From: Epithemia pelagica | Lineage: Eukaryota; Protista; Bacillariophyta | Reading direction: 5' to 3' | DNA: 64,000 bases | Assembly: GCA_946965045.2 (NCBI GenBank) | Contig: OX337235.1 | Span: forward strand, 2,170,001-2,234,000 | Shown: one piece after another, positions 22,919 to 35,985 of the stretch | How the letters are laid out: every line of letters begins with the position of its first letter | How positions within the stretch are numbered: the first letter of the stretch is position 1 | Position numbers and translations under genes: made by a program | Notes under the pieces: model-generated | Database searches by the model: none | Told to the model about the DNA's origin: nothing | The model's input: only the letters and a program-made list of their open reading frames with translations

Positions 22919-25300
22919 TTAATATGCTTCCTCGTCGATGTCATCTATCTGTTCATTTAGCAACTCGGACGCTCCAAATCTCGCAAAAGTCAAAGCCCGA
23001 GTTTGGTCGGATTTCAAACTGATCAACTTTGAAACTTGTACCGCCGTCATTGCGGTGACATCATCTCCATCAACCGCTAACAGACGATCCCCCACAAGAA
23101 CCTTATTGGCAAGAACGCTTTCAGGTTTGACTGCATGAACAATTGGTGAACTTCCATTGGGTGTATCGATGACCATCCCAAGTTTACCGGGTGGTACCTC
23201 CAATTCAAATTGTTCTTCCATTGATTCCGGTACATATTCCTGGTCGTCGTTCGAGACGTCGTCCGAGAATACATAAGCGCCGACAGGGCCTACAAACTTC
23301 CCATGTGAACCCGAATGACTCGAGGGAGTGGGTGAAGTCCCTGATTCCCTATACTGTCTTGACACATCGCCGCTGTCTCCAAGGGAGGAGAGCCCCTGTG
23401 CTTTGAGGTATTGCTTTGTATAGTCGTAGTCATTTCCTACGCTTGCAGTTTGTTCATCTCTTTCAGCGTTGGACCCAATCAGTCCACCACCAACTCCAAA
23501 GACAGGATCACCAAGGGTACTGATGTCGTCCTGCCGTTCGACCAAGACTTCTGAACCAACATCAAGCCTCCTGTCAGGTGTTTGCTGACTTCCCCCGCCT
23601 TCCATATCTTCAGGTGAACCAACGGATATGAAGCTGGATCTTCTTCGAAAGGAAAGGAGGCCCAATGCCACCAACGCCGCAAAGCCTCCCCCGGAAGCAC
23701 CCAGTACAATATAAAGAAAGTTGCTGTTGGTTGAAGGAGGTATGTCGCTGACGAGCTGCTCTTCCTGTGGTTGAACACCTTCCACCTCAACCATTTCTAC
23801 AGTGGAACCAGAAAAGAAAGATGGGTTCCTCTGTACAAGCCGATCAATAAAAAGCTGGCGCTCGTTTTCGTTGTTTAAGGAATCGCCAATAAGCAGCTCA
23901 ATGTCGTCATTGTCTCTTGTTTCCGCCGATTTAAACAGTATCCGAATCACCAGAAATATTTTAAATGTTGACTGCTGGAGACGACGAACGTCTGGCGGAA
24001 CGAAAGTTGTGTTCACTTGATTCGACACATCTGCGATAACTGTTAGATCCATCAATGGAGCATCTTCAAAATCGGTATTTTGTATTGAATCGAGAATGTG
24101 TTCTGCAAGGGCCAGCTCATAGTCGAAGATTTGATTAACCATTCTGTCGGTAAGTTGCATTTCAATTGCAAGGTTGACGTTGAAGCGCTGCTCTGGAAGA
24201 GAAGGACTGGCAGAGGGCAGTGAAGAAGGCGAAGCTGATGGACTAGAGGATGGCTAAGGAGCAGCAAAGTTCATTTAGCGAATAAGACTGTTCGGCCCAT
24301 GCTCTCGGGGAAAATTTGGTTACTTACCACATCGGACGGGCTTGCAGAGGGCGATGTCGATGGTGCGCTTGTGGGGGAAAGAGAAGGCGAAGACGATGGA
24401 TATGAAGATATGCTGGGAGAAGTAGATGGTGTCGACGACGGTGCAGCGGATGGCATTGACGATGGTGTCGACGACGGCGCAGAGGATGGTGGAGATGATG
24501 GATTTGTCGAAGGGATCGAACTAGGTAAACTCGATGGTTGAGAGGATGGCCCGGCCGAGGGTCTTTCGCTCGGAGACGACGAAGGCCGAAGGGACGGTGA
24601 CCCTGAAGGACTTGTTGTCGGGTGAAACGACGGACTAGCGCTCGGGGTGGATGTCGGAGAGAAAGAAGGAGATTGAGACGGTGAAGTGGACGGATTGGAT
24701 GATGGCCTGTTCGTCGGTGAAGAAGATGGCCTTGAGGAAGGCGTTGCTGATGGCTGGGGAGATGGTTGCTTTGACGGAATGGATGATGGCCTATGTGAAG
24801 GTTGTTGAGTGGGTCTCAATGTTGGTAAAAAGGTTGGAGAGACTGTTGGAGACGACGTTGGTACCGGTGTTGGGGCAAGAGTGGGAAACGGGGTGGGAAC
24901 TAAGGTGGGCGACACTGTCGGGGCAGTAGAGGGTTGCGGTGTTGGTAAAGGTGTGGGTGCTGGTGTTGGCGCTGCGGTTGTCGGAGGGGGCGTTGGCTGA
25001 GGGGTAGGAAAGAACGTTGGAGCTGATACTGGAGAAGCAGTCGGTTCTGTCGGACAAGAAAAAGTTAGAGCAATCTTGCGAAATAATGGCATGGCAATGA
25101 GCGGACAATCATAATGACTTACGGGCGTTTGTTTGCGGCGACCAAACACATAGGAGGAGATGAAGTGCGATCCATGTTGGTCTCTTTATGCAGAAATGAA
25201 CATGTTTGGACTTTGCTTTTTGTTCGTCGGTTGGGCCTTCCTTGTCCGAGGTGACCTGAGAAGATTGTTGAAGGGATCGTTTTCGAGTTCGTTCCATCAT
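22919..25300 (-). CDS. Single-pass membrane protein B, convergent paralogue of A; exons 25300-25123, 25046-24328, 24253-22919
   Basis: Same architecture and near-identical cytoplasmic motifs (ERQDDISTLGDPVFG, ERDEQTASVGNDYDYTKQYL, PDZ-like end); GT-AG introns 25047-25122 and 24254-24327. The start codon is uncertain. Confidence 0.75.
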
Positions 25301-25862
25301 TGTCAAGTACACTGAACAAGCTTTGTTCTAGAAACAATGTCGGAGCAAGTTGTATAGAAGAACCACCGTGTTGGGCAACAAAGAACAGAGAGATGATGGA
25401 TTTGAACTAGCCGACCGAGACACAAGAATCAAACAGGGTTCGCCCGTCAAACTCCACTTAGAGGTGCACAATGTGAAGCGTGGATGAGGATGAGGATGAT
25501 CTCATCAATTATCCATGAATGGGAAAGCTTCTTTCGTTGGGTCCCCGTCAATCGTAGACTTGTATAGCATGGCCCCGGTTGGATGCAACGGATCTCGTTG
25601 TTCGGTTGCTGCACGCGTCACGAGTGGTCCGGGATACGGTGTCATTTAATGAGACGAGTTCAAAATTCGAACGGCTTCTAAGCACGACTTAGATGATACT
25701 CTTTCAATCATTGTAATGAATATAGCCCCATCTCAGTACTCGGACCAAAGTCCCGACATCGAACGAGTCGTACGAACCACGGATGGGGCATAGATCGAGA
25801 AAGGAAGTAGGACAAGGAGTACTCGCACAGAAATATCCGGCATGCGACATCCATGACTTGTA

Positions 25863-26468
25863 AGGGCTGGGTAAGCCGATCCATGTTCGGCTAAGTAGGC
25901 TCAGTACATTAATCTACGTAGAGTACATAAAATCAGATAGTACACGTCACGCCGGAAATGGTCGGAATTTCAAAAAAATGCAAAAACGCTCGACAATGAT
26001 GGCGAGATCCGGTGACGCCGTATGCATTCACTCATGCATCGCATAAACATCCAACCACCGTAAGTCCTTTGCCTTTACCTTTGAAATGGTTGTCTGAAAT
26101 TACAGAAGATTTGCCAAGTTGGCTGAAAAGGTACGCTCATTTTTCTGCAGTGATGAAATCGAACGACCGCCCTAACTCATTCATTTTTCAAGGGTGCCTG
26201 AATCAAAGTGAAAGCAAAGTTGCTCTAGTAGTAAAGATTCTTATTGTAAAAGTGATTCAGGCAGGCTCAATTGCTCAGGAAGTTATTGCCATGGGGGTGA
26301 TGATTTCCATCATTGTCGAGCGATGGCTTCCAATTTGCATTGTTTCTCGTGGCAGCAAGTTTTCAATTTGAGACCATCCGCCCCACTTGTTACACTCATG
26401 AAAATAGTACTACGTAGATTAATGTACTGAGCCTACTTAGCCGAACATGGATCGGCTTACCCAGCCCT
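25863..26468. mobile_element. MITE family A, copy 2 (606 bp, opposite orientation to copy 1)
   Basis: Perfect ~58-bp TIRs; TA at 25861-25862 and 26469-26470; interior aligns as a diverged reverse complement of 563-1158. Confidence 0.9.
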
Positions 26469-27102
26469 TAATGGGGTCGCACTTGGACGACTTTGTGCGC
26501 ACCCCGAAATGTATTGTACTTGTATGTCACGATGATATGTATTCGCTAAGTATCCTTGGTCAACGGAAACACCAAGTTGTCCCGGATGTCGCACAATATC
26601 TCAACGCATTTGCATCTTATTGTAGATTAAAAGGCGAAACCTTCTCCTATTAGGTGGCTCGGCACGCGCCCACGTATTTCCAAGCACGTACGCCAACCAA
26701 TATTCGTAATTCGTAGAAGGACTAAGGTATGAATCGCTGACGGGCGCGACACGAAACAAACAGAGGAGAGTGTGTAACCCTGGTGTCACAACTCACAACA
26801 CCACAAAGACGGCGACTCGGCAATGGAACAAAGATAAGGCCAATCTTTCGACCCTAGCAACAACTCTGGAAATAAGTTGCTTTCTTCACGAAACGAAGTA
26901 AACACGCAACAATCTATTTCGCTGATCGATGCCATTTTTGCAACAATAGGGGCATCTATCACAGTAACGAACTGGTTCGTTGTTCGTCGTCATTGCCAAC
27001 CACAACCACCGTGTCACACAACCCGACACTCTTACACCGCTGACCTACTCCTAGTAACAAAGGTGGACGCCTTCTGCTTGTGCAAAATTCACTTGAGCAA
27101 CG

Positions 27103-28060
27103 ATGGCCAATGGAGATGATGACGTTGTTTACATAAATGGTGGAGCCGACAATGAATATTGCAAGATATACGACAAGAATGATTTCTTTACAGTCCTTGT
27201 GCAGATATTTCTAGCTTTGTTTGCGCTTTGTTCGCTATGGATCAAAAGAATGCAAGAGGTTCCGAGAAGAACCTTTTGGACATGGTTCATGGATGTGTTC
27301 AAACAAGGTCTAGGCGCCTGCTATGCTCATGTTCTCAATATGGTGCGTGTCACAATCCCATGCTTGGTCAGACGTGAATACTGTGTGTTCACAAAGCTAC
27401 GAGCGGGAATCAGGAGAAAGATTGAAGCCTGAGAATGCTAACTTGTGTCCGTCCCGTTTCTTTTCATCATCGATGGAACAATAGGTGATTGCTGCTGTTC
27501 TTTCTGAAAACATGAGAGGAGAAGCTGAATTGAAGGACCAATGTGCTTGGTACGGGATAAGCTTCCTCATTGATACTACTTTGGGTCTGTTGCTGGCCAT
27601 TATTTTCCTTCAGGTGCTTGACCGTATTGCCAACGAGTGGGACTGGGCTCATCTCAAACATTCTGGGGTATACGTTGGCCCAGATGGTTGGAAGCATTGG
27701 ATCAGTCAAGTCGCGGCATGGATGGGAATTCTTACGATCGTGAAAATTATCATGTATCTGGTGATGTGGATTTTCTCCGAGCCGCTTGCGTTGATAGGGC
27801 AAGCTCTTTTTGCTCCACTACAAGGAAGTATTCGAATAGAGCTGATATTCGTGATGATTCTTTTCCCTGGCATCATGAATATTATCTATTTCTGGATTGC
27901 TGATCATCACTTAAAAGCCAAAGGTGACCATGCAGGTGCTCACGAGCAACCCGAAGCAACAATTACACCCGACACAAAGCAAGACGCCCTTCTGGCATCA
28001 TCAACGCAGAAACAAGACGAGCAACCCAAGCCACCTAGTCACGACGCTGTCGTAGTCTAG
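27103..28060 (+). CDS. STIMATE/TMEM110-family multi-pass membrane protein; intron 27343-27484
   Basis: L..KR..E.PRR....WFMDVFKQGLGA..AH.LN, CAWY.I.FLIDTTLG, W..Q...W.GI...VK and N.IYFWI.DH.LK match my recollection of the family pattern. Confidence 0.75.
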
Positions 28061-28594
28061 TTCAAGCTAGCCTTTGGAAGCGATAATAGATCATCGATCA
28101 TACTGGAATTAAAGACGCGAGGAATACGGATAGTCAGAATAGTATGGGTTCCATATCTGGAATGTGTGGCCAAGGGTGCATCAAACGTTTTTCGACTTTG
28201 ATCCAATTGTGCTCTTGTTTCCTTTGTCGGGGTGAACGTGTCGGTCGGCTTTTCGAAGCGAGGAAGCACACCAACTATCCGTTAATCGATCCGTACGAGT
28301 CCGAGCCATATCAAAAGACAGTCTGTTTTGCAACTATGCGCTATCCACTATAAAGTAGCCTGTGCGTTGGACTGACCAATTCGTGCGAGTGCGTGCGCTC
28401 TCCATCGGCTTGCGCGGGTCGGATCATCAAGACACCGTAGAATAATGGAAGCAAGAGTGGAACGAACAAACAAAGTCGCATGGAAGCGACCATGATGATT
28501 TGAATCGGACCTTTGATCTCGCCTTCAGAACAGATTGAAACAAGCTTAGTTCAAGTCATCTTTGTATCCTTCGTTTCAAATCATAGAGTCTAAA

Positions 28595-29280
28595 ATGTTG
28601 TCGCAATATACCACATACTTGGCAGAAAATTTGTGTGGAGGATCTTCTCGCAAGCTCATTGCAGGATGGTGGTGCGTTTCGCTTTGAGGCCGAGAATGAA
28701 ACACCTTGCTCCTCTCATATTTGGATTGTTATCTGCAGGTATTCCATCCTTGTGATGACTTTAATACTGACGCTAATGAGTTTTCTGGTACTTGGCTCAC
28801 GGCAGTTTTCCGAGGGCTTTGCCTCGTTTTGGTCCGGAATAATGTTGATAGGGTTATGCGTTGGAGGGACAATGATTATGCGAAGGTTTCATAATTCAAT
28901 GGCTGTTGGATTTTTCATGGGATCTGTGGTCGCTATGGGTCAAATGTTCTTGCTCCTTTGCCTGATGTAAGTTTACGGGGTCTGGCTACGAGCTCTTGGA
29001 TGTACCTATGCACAACCTGATCCATTGTGTCTTGTCTATTGTTCTTTCTAGATATGCCGGATACAAGTTTGATCAAGACAAAGGTGCTGATTCTTCAGGG
29101 GTCGAAGAGTTCTGGATGTCATTGTTCTCTCTGATTCAAGCCCTTCTCCTTGGAAGCTTTGCTGCAATTCTGGCCGCTCACAGATCCGAAATTCTTGAGA
29201 AACCAGGAAGCGTTGTGATGGAAATGATGGATGAGATGCATGGCATAAAACCGGGTGGTGAACAAGGTGCAACAATATAG
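28595..29280 (+). CDS. Small multi-pass membrane protein of unknown function, 2 introns
   Basis: ATG 28595; GT-AG introns join hydrophobic ORF segments (WYSILVMTLIL..., GFFMGSVVAMGQMFLLL, YAGYKF..FWMSLFSLIQALL). Confidence 0.55.
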
Positions 29281-29719
29281 TCGTCAAACTCCACTCGTAC
29301 TCCTTGCTTTGTTTCACGTCTGCTTCATTTTTATGCAGAGTTCGTTTGGTTCTGTGTTCACGATTCCTTGCCAGATCTTTCCATTTATGATGCATCACCG
29401 TTGATGGCTTTGTTAGAGATGTCAGATTATGATGCGTCGACGTGAGTTTGCATGGTATACTACTGCTAGAGGAATTTCGCCCGACTCGTAGGAGTAGACA
29501 GCTCCTAGATGGAGTAGCGAGTTAGTGCTAGGAGTAGATACTCCTCTACGGACGTAGCCAGAGAGGAGTAGGAGTAACGATTCCATTAGGATTAGGGATT
29601 ATGGAATCGTCCTTTAGTCGCACCGATGTGTCCTTCGTGCGTGTGTCAGCAATCCCAAGTCAGCGCAACAGGGCATGTCACGATGATCCTAGTCCTTCCA
29701 TAATAAACCGAGCGGCAGA

Positions 29720-30182
29720 ATGATCTCTCTTCGCGTATTGCTCTTACTGGCCCTGTTCCTATCGCAGACTACGGCTTTCGTCCCGCTTACACCTCGTCAG
29801 CCGTTGGCAGTCTCTGGTGCAAGGTATCACCCGACATCAGGCTCCGCGTTGGCGGAACGACGATGGAATTTCAATGAAGGGCAGAGCCCTTGGGGGCTGA
29901 AGAAGAATGCTGAAATATGGAACGGTAGAGTAGCGCAGGTAAGTTTGGTTGCGTATTGGAATGCCGCAGAAGATATGTTTGCTAACATGTGTTATGTCAT
30001 ACAAGATGGCCTTTGTTGTCGTCTTTTTGCAAGAGTTGATCCAGGGAAAAGGTGTTATCCAAGGAATCCAAGAAGGTGATGCTGTCAATATTGTTGCAGC
30101 CGCAGCTTTCTTTATTGTTACCTTGGGCTTGACTGGATTTCTTGCTTTGAAAGGTGACGACGATTACGTAAATCCAACTTAA
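29720..30182 (+). CDS. LHC-like (LIL: OHP/SEP-type) chlorophyll-binding stress protein, plastid-targeted; intron 29939-30005
   Basis: AEIWNGRVAQMAF is the ExxNGRxA chlorophyll-binding helix; a second hydrophobic helix follows; presequence TTA-F-VP. Confidence 0.85.
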
Positions 30183-30303
30183 GCATTTCACATACATTGA
30201 CGCAAGACCTAGAGGGCGCAGAAAGCACATGCCATTTAATTGAGTGGAGAGATTAAGTTTGATATATGGCTTATGTCCTCAAAGCGTGACATCTTTTCCA
30301 GAT

Positions 30304-32406
30304 CTATTGGTCCACTTTAGTGACTCGGTTAAAACGTTCTCTGTCCTTCCTGCTATTCCTGAGTTCATCTGCAAGTCTTCGAGACTCTTCCGCAGCACGC
30401 AAAACAGCTTCTCTTGTTTGTTCCACATTCATCATCCATTCTCTGTCGACACCCTCTGGTGTTGAGTATTCACGTTTTCCACCCGATGTCACGTTTTCCC
30501 TGTGATAACATGATTCGAATATATCGTTCTCGACGGTATCGGTTAAATCGATAACTTCTTCCGTAGGAGGTTCTTGAATAGAGAGTCGCTCTGCTGAAGG
30601 ATCACGCTTTGTTCTCGTTCTTGCATTGTGGCCCCCGAATTCTGGTGCCTCACGGGATTCCTTGCGACTTCTTTTCAACATGGCGTTCTCTGGACCACCA
30701 AACCCTGAGGAACGACTGGGAAGATTTGAGGACTTTTTCTTCTTCTTTTTCTTTTTCTTTCTCTTCTCTTCTTTTGCCCTTGTAGTTGGGGAACGTGGAC
30801 TTGACGCATGAACTGGAGACTCAGATTCACTGTGACTGATCTTTACTACAGGAGCCTGTTGGATCACACCAGACTGCGTCATTCCCTCATATGGTCTAAC
30901 TCGGACATGGTGTATTGGAGACGAGAAATTTCCTTTTGGGCTAGAATTCTTGTCCTCCGAAAAAAGAGAAGTCCCAGACGTTCCGAAATTTCCAGTAGAC
31001 TCGGCCGACTTGATCCAAGTATTTGAAAGCAAATCTTCCTGGTCCTGTGTATCGTTGCCAGATTTTAATTTTCTTTCATTGTTGCAATGAAAATTAGTTT
31101 CAAATCATCTTTATCGAACATTAGATAACACCACGTACCTTTTCTCGGATACACCTTCGGTATCGACATGAGGATTCGGAGCATGCAGAGCTCCATCCGA
31201 CAGCACATTGTACTTGCCGCTAGGTGATTCATCTATAGGACTGCGACGTGGCAGCATCGGAGGGTCTCGTGAGGTTCTCCTTTTTTCCGAGTTTACGTCC
31301 TCATCACAAGACTCAGGTGGAATCCTGTGAGGTCCTAGTTTGGAAGACAATGGAGGGTGATCGTTAGGATCAACTTCGTTGGCACTGCTTAATCCACCCT
31401 GTGCTGTCGAGCTCGAATCGCAAACATGCTTCAATGGGATCACAGGTTTGGGACTCGGTAACTCGTCTCCTACTTTGGGCTTCGCCTTTTCGCCACCATT
31501 GCTCACTGCCCCTTTGATCTCCATAACTTCCACATGGTCTTGGGAATTTCCAGTTACCTCGCCCCGTACGTTTTTTCCTTCTTTTAGGCTGTTTCCGTTT
31601 ACGGAGGTGGATCGGGTAGATTCAACTTGTGGCTCTTTCTCTTTCGTACTTGGTGCTTCGGGTTTATCAAGAACAGAGCCTTCTGTTTGTGTATCATTGT
31701 CGTTCTTTGCATGACTGATTCCATTTTCGTGCTCATTCTGGGAAACCATCAAGTGGCTCTCTGCAATACCTCGGAGACCCGATAAAAGTGAGGATTTATG
31801 AAATGGTTGGGCTTCCAGTATCTTTTGATCCTTTGAAAATAATGTAGATTGTTGAAAGTCATTTCCGAAGAAATGTGACTGGCCCAGTCCACAGTCATAT
31901 CCTTCTATCCAGGCACATCCATGATCCAGCATCTGCACAACTTTGGGCATAAATTTGGATTCATATTTTGCCGATGTGCCGGTCGTGGTGAAGTCTGACT
32001 CAAGGTTGGATACCACCGAAGCTTTTGGTGATTCTGATTCTGCTTCTTCAATCATCCGAAATCTGTCTACATCTGACCGAACTGATGCTGTGTTTTGATG
32101 GTCCTCTTCGACCTCGCTGCTAAGACTGCTTTCCGTGGCACGCAACTTGCTGCCTTTCCTTCGTGGAATAAGAATTTCGGGTAAGGGATGCTCACCATAA
32201 CCCGTCAAATTGTCGTCCTCAGTGATTTCTCGTTCTTTCTTTTGTTCTCCCTCCGTGTCGTTGTCTGATGTCATGGTGAAGTTGAGTTGGTCCAGGTTGG
32301 TCAAGTCAATGGGAGTATCATCGTTGCTCGTTGAGGTGGAATCAACTTTGAAGAAAGGTGAACTTGGATCTTTCGAGCTATCATGCATGTCCCATTCATC
32401 GATCAT
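30304..32406 (-). CDS. Disordered protein, GCAW-motif family member 1 (probably two exons)
   Basis: ORFs 31111-32406 and 30304-~31080 with a GTACGT donor at 31138 (acceptor not resolved); MLDHGCAWIEGYDCG motif; poly-Lys tract. Confidence 0.6.
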
Positions 32407-33108
32407 TGTCTCACAAAAGTTGCAATATGATTTCTAGTTTGACCAAGGTTGAATATGTCCAGTTATTAGCGCGCTTGTAATCTTTGCTATGGTCTCTGGT
32501 CACGTCCGGAACAGATCTTGGTTGTCGCAGTGTCGATGATGATGATGATCGATTGCGAGAATCCAGAATCCAGACGCACCCCCTACAATAAAAACGTCCC
32601 GAATTACACTAATATAGAATTTTCTCAACCGATGCCAATCATATCTTCAATAAGCAAAACCGATGCGCATCCGTTGAGCTTCTTCGGAAATTTAACTACT
32701 GGACACTGCGCATGCTTCCGCTACCGTTGGAAATGGAGAACGCCGGGGGACCCTCTATTCCGTAATTAGCAAGCAACTTCACCTTTTATAGCTCCGAATT
32801 CCCAACAGTATCGTTCCCAGATCCAAAAGCCTGGCTGAAACCCTGCTTCCTAATAGGTGTAAATAGTTTACGATCAATTCCTCACAGTTCTGAAAATCCT
32901 GCTCAAGGGTTTCGCAATCATCTGTGTCGGAGATGAGTCTTCCATGTGGATGTGGGAAAAAAGATCGACAATAGTATCGTTTCTATTATGGTTCATTGTC
33001 ATTGAATGATCTCCTGCATCTCATGACTGTCGGAAAAAAGAAAAACAAGGAACACCACCCATGTACTTTTGAATCTTGTACGTGACAGAACTCTGGGCGC
33101 GAAAAGTT

Positions 33109-35193
33109 TCATGAACTGCCTTGTACAGTCCCTGTTGAGAAACCAGTTTTTCCAGACGTGTGCTTCAACCTTTCTTTCTTGTGCTTCAGTTCCGAGGCAC
33201 GCTCCCTTAATTTCTCCAAAAATTCGATTGCCTCTATCCTTTGTTCTTCTGAGAAACTCACGAGAAGATCAAGGTCTTGATCGGCGTCCCATTTTTTGTT
33301 CAACCATTGTTGTCGTTCGGCACGAACTTCTTTCTGCCCAGCGACAAAAGCTTCCATAGCGGAGGAGCGGTGTTCTGATGCACTTTCCATATGGGAAATC
33401 AACTTCTCGCCTACTCCTTCATTTAGGTCACCCGAAGAACCACTGTATACAAGATCGTCGTCGTTTATTAAATCTGGCCGAATCTCTTCTGGATCCATCG
33501 TTTTCCTCATAAATAGGCCTTCTTGAAGAGCTGAGTTGTCTGCATGGTGGCTGCTGCGAAAATGTTGTTGCCTTTCCTCCGGGGGGTCAAGCACACCTTT
33601 CGCCTCGTTTGATTCCACGTACTCGGATCCACTCTTCTCATCACCTTGGTGTACTCTTTGTCGTTCTTCATCACTCACGGAGTTATGAATTTCATTGTAT
33701 TCCATTGTTTCATTATCTATCTCCAATCCCGTCACTTCTTGTTGCAACTGATCGTCTTCGGCATTTCCATGAATACTGTTTGGTACAGAGCTGTCCAGAG
33801 TTTGTTGCACCACGTCTTTGTGTAAAGTTTCTGAAAGGTGCTCATTTCGGTTATACAACTTGGATTCTTCGTCTTGATCGACAACATGCATTGCCGACAA
33901 CTCTGTCTCCTTCGTATCTTCAGAACGCATCGAGGTGAGAACGCCAAACTCTTCCCCAGACACTGGGGGTGAAGTGTCCGCATGTGCTAAATCACTACGA
34001 ACAACGTGGGTTGTCCCTCCCTCTATGTTAATTCCTCCCTCAACGCTCATGGTGTATTCCACATTCTCTTCCTGCTCTTGCTCACCATTGATTTTGTCTT
34101 GTTCCTGTTGTGTATCGTCCATATTTTCTACATCTTTGTCTCCCAAATCCTCGTCTCTTCTAATCAGAATTGACTTCAACGTCCGTGCCCCAGACAAATC
34201 AGTGTCCTTCATCCCATTCCTTGATTTTTCCTGGTAGCGATTATCCCCCATCACGTACGGAAACGTTGGAAATTCCCCTCTTCCCAATACCTCTGCAGCG
34301 TCGTGTCGAGCACTGCCACTTTCAGTTTTTCGATGGCTGAACTCTCGAGTATGATAATCTCGATCAAGATGCTCTTGAAGCTCCATCCCCCTTTGGCTTT
34401 GTTCGAGATCTCTATGAGCATCTGACCTCCCTCGAGTCCCTTGTCTGCGTGCCCTCATCGCACCCTGTTGCTTCTTCGGTGTTTTAATAATCCCTGGGTA
34501 AATTTCTTCCGAGCGAGAGTCCATGCGATCGCGGGCTGTTTGCGTTGGCAAGGATGTACACATTTCCATCAGGGGTGTTTTCTTTTTCATATTTATTGCA
34601 GAAAACTGATTACAGAATTGAAGAGTGCCACTTCCATTCGACCGTGAAGATCTGCCTTGACCAGAGCTGAAGCCACAATTTTGACCTTCAAGCCAAGCGC
34701 AGCCCCTGTCAAGCATCTTGACAATCATTGGCACTGTGGTCGACTGGAAGTTTTTGTGTAAATATGAATCTTCTGATCCCAAATAGGAAACAAGCGAGAT
34801 CTTTGAATCTGTATCCTCTCTGGTATCCGTATCTTCTCTGGTATCGGTATCCCGCCCATCGCTTTCAACTTCAGCAAAATCAATCTCCGTCTTTCTGAAG
34901 TCAAAGGTCACCTTACGAGGGACAAAGGAATTGATTTCTGACGGAGGAGCGTCTTTTGACTCACGTTTAGGAGCAGAATATGTTTCACCATCATCTCCGA
35001 CGTTAGGCTCAAGTTTGTACCGATTCAATAGTTCCTGCGAATTGGACAAGCTCTGCGACGACGAAGAAGCCTGTGACAATTTCAATTGAAGCTGTTCGAC
35101 GATCTGGGAAGGCTCTGGGTTGCTCCTGTTGCTTTGATAGATCTCATTCGAGAATTCTGTTGATTGAATGGTTTCCTGTTCGAACGAGGTCAT
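33109..35193 (-). CDS. Disordered protein, GCAW-motif family member 2
   Basis: 694-aa ORF; SLVSYLGSED..VPMIVKMLDRGCAWLEGQNCG; C-terminal helix EEQRIEAIEFLEKLRERA. Confidence 0.7.
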   Translation of the reverse strand: MTSFEQETIQSTEFSNEIYQSNRSNPEPSQIVEQLQLKLSQASSSSQSLSNSQELLNRYKLEPNVGDDGETYSAPKRESKDAPPSEINSFVPRKVTFDFRKTEIDFAEVESDGRDTDTREDTDTREDTDSKISLVSYLGSEDSYLHKNFQSTTVPMIVKMLDRGCAWLEGQNCGFSSGQGRSSRSNGSGTLQFCNQFSAINMKKKTPLMEMCTSLPTQTARDRMDSRSEEIYPGIIKTPKKQQGAMRARRQGTRGRSDAHRDLEQSQRGMELQEHLDRDYHTREFSHRKTESGSARHDAAEVLGRGEFPTFPYVMGDNRYQEKSRNGMKDTDLSGARTLKSILIRRDEDLGDKDVENMDDTQQEQDKINGEQEQEENVEYTMSVEGGINIEGGTTHVVRSDLAHADTSPPVSGEEFGVLTSMRSEDTKETELSAMHVVDQDEESKLYNRNEHLSETLHKDVVQQTLDSSVPNSIHGNAEDDQLQQEVTGLEIDNETMEYNEIHNSVSDEERQRVHQGDEKSGSEYVESNEAKGVLDPPEERQQHFRSSHHADNSALQEGLFMRKTMDPEEIRPDLINDDDLVYSGSSGDLNEGVGEKLISHMESASEHRSSAMEAFVAGQKEVRAERQQWLNKKWDADQDLDLLVSFSEEQRIEAIEFLEKLRERASELKHKKERLKHTSGKTGFSTGTVQGSS

Positions 35194-35280
35194 CCTCTCG
35201 AGAATTTCCTTATGAAGATTCGAAACTTTCTCACTTTAGCGCATTGGCCATGTACACAGCAATCTCTTGCATTAGAGATA

Positions 35281-35320
35281 GTCGATGGTCGATGGTCGAT
35301 GGTCGATGGTCGATGGTCGA
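35281..35320. repeat. Heptamer tandem repeat (GTCGATG)x5.7
   Basis: Read directly from the sequence; lies ~90 bp upstream of the 35193 start. Confidence 0.95.
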
Positions 35321-35795
35321 CAGGAGGGGCTCTTGTTCAATACACGAGAATTATCGAAGAGAGGTAACTTGTAATTTGCTCTGGCATTCTTGTTTCTGGG
35401 GTTGCACTCGTCGCAACTGACATGAGAAGGCCCGTGCACGTGTCGATCGCGAAGGCGGCCTCGCTCAGACGGGAATCACATTTAACATCTTAGGAATACA
35501 ATAGTCCGACGTCAATCATGCATCCGTTGGAGCGCTCGCTCTTTCTGTATGTATTTTCCCATACAACGACTAGTTAGTAAACCTGTTGCGCACTTAGAAG
35601 TATTGGAAATTATTTAATGTATTTAGGCCCTATCCCTATTGATCTATCTATTGTAGGTATTCTTCGAGGTAGCCTAGGTAGGAGTAGCTACTGGGGATTC
35701 GGATTGGGTAGTCTCCTCCATCCAAAGTGAGGGTCGAACCTGATCCGTTTACTCCACCAATTACACACTAATTAGCATATACGTCAAAGTGATTG

Positions 35796-35954
35796 TGTCT
35801 TGTTCCAGTCGATACCTTATTCAACGTGCAAATTAAAAGATATTATAAGGCTAAACCACTAATGTAAGGATCCCCAAAATAGTAACCATGTAAACGGTAA
35901 AACCCCCAAAGATTTCCCATATCCGGGTTTTGTTCCCACGACCCGAATAAGACA
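35796..35954 (-). repeat. 3' LTR of Copia 1
   Basis: Identical by eye to 42008-42166; terminal inverted repeat TGTCTT/AAGACA. Confidence 0.95.
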
Positions 35955-35985
35955 GTCCCCGCAAAGTGTAGCTCACCCCGAGAAT

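Noticed and set aside
35281-35320. Short tandem repeats (here and AAACTCG arrays at 55190-55335 and 55800-55910) as CRISPR or telomere arrays
   Set aside because: No spacers, eukaryotic context, and too short; they are a microsatellite and MITE subterminal repeats.
35796-35985. Idea that the gag-pol UGA is decoded as selenocysteine through a SECIS in the retrotransposon 3' end
   Set aside because: No AUGA..AA..GA SECIS-like pattern is visible in the Copia 1 3' region or LTR, and the single ATGA in the Copia 2 LTR has no supporting helix. Ordinary readthrough is simpler.
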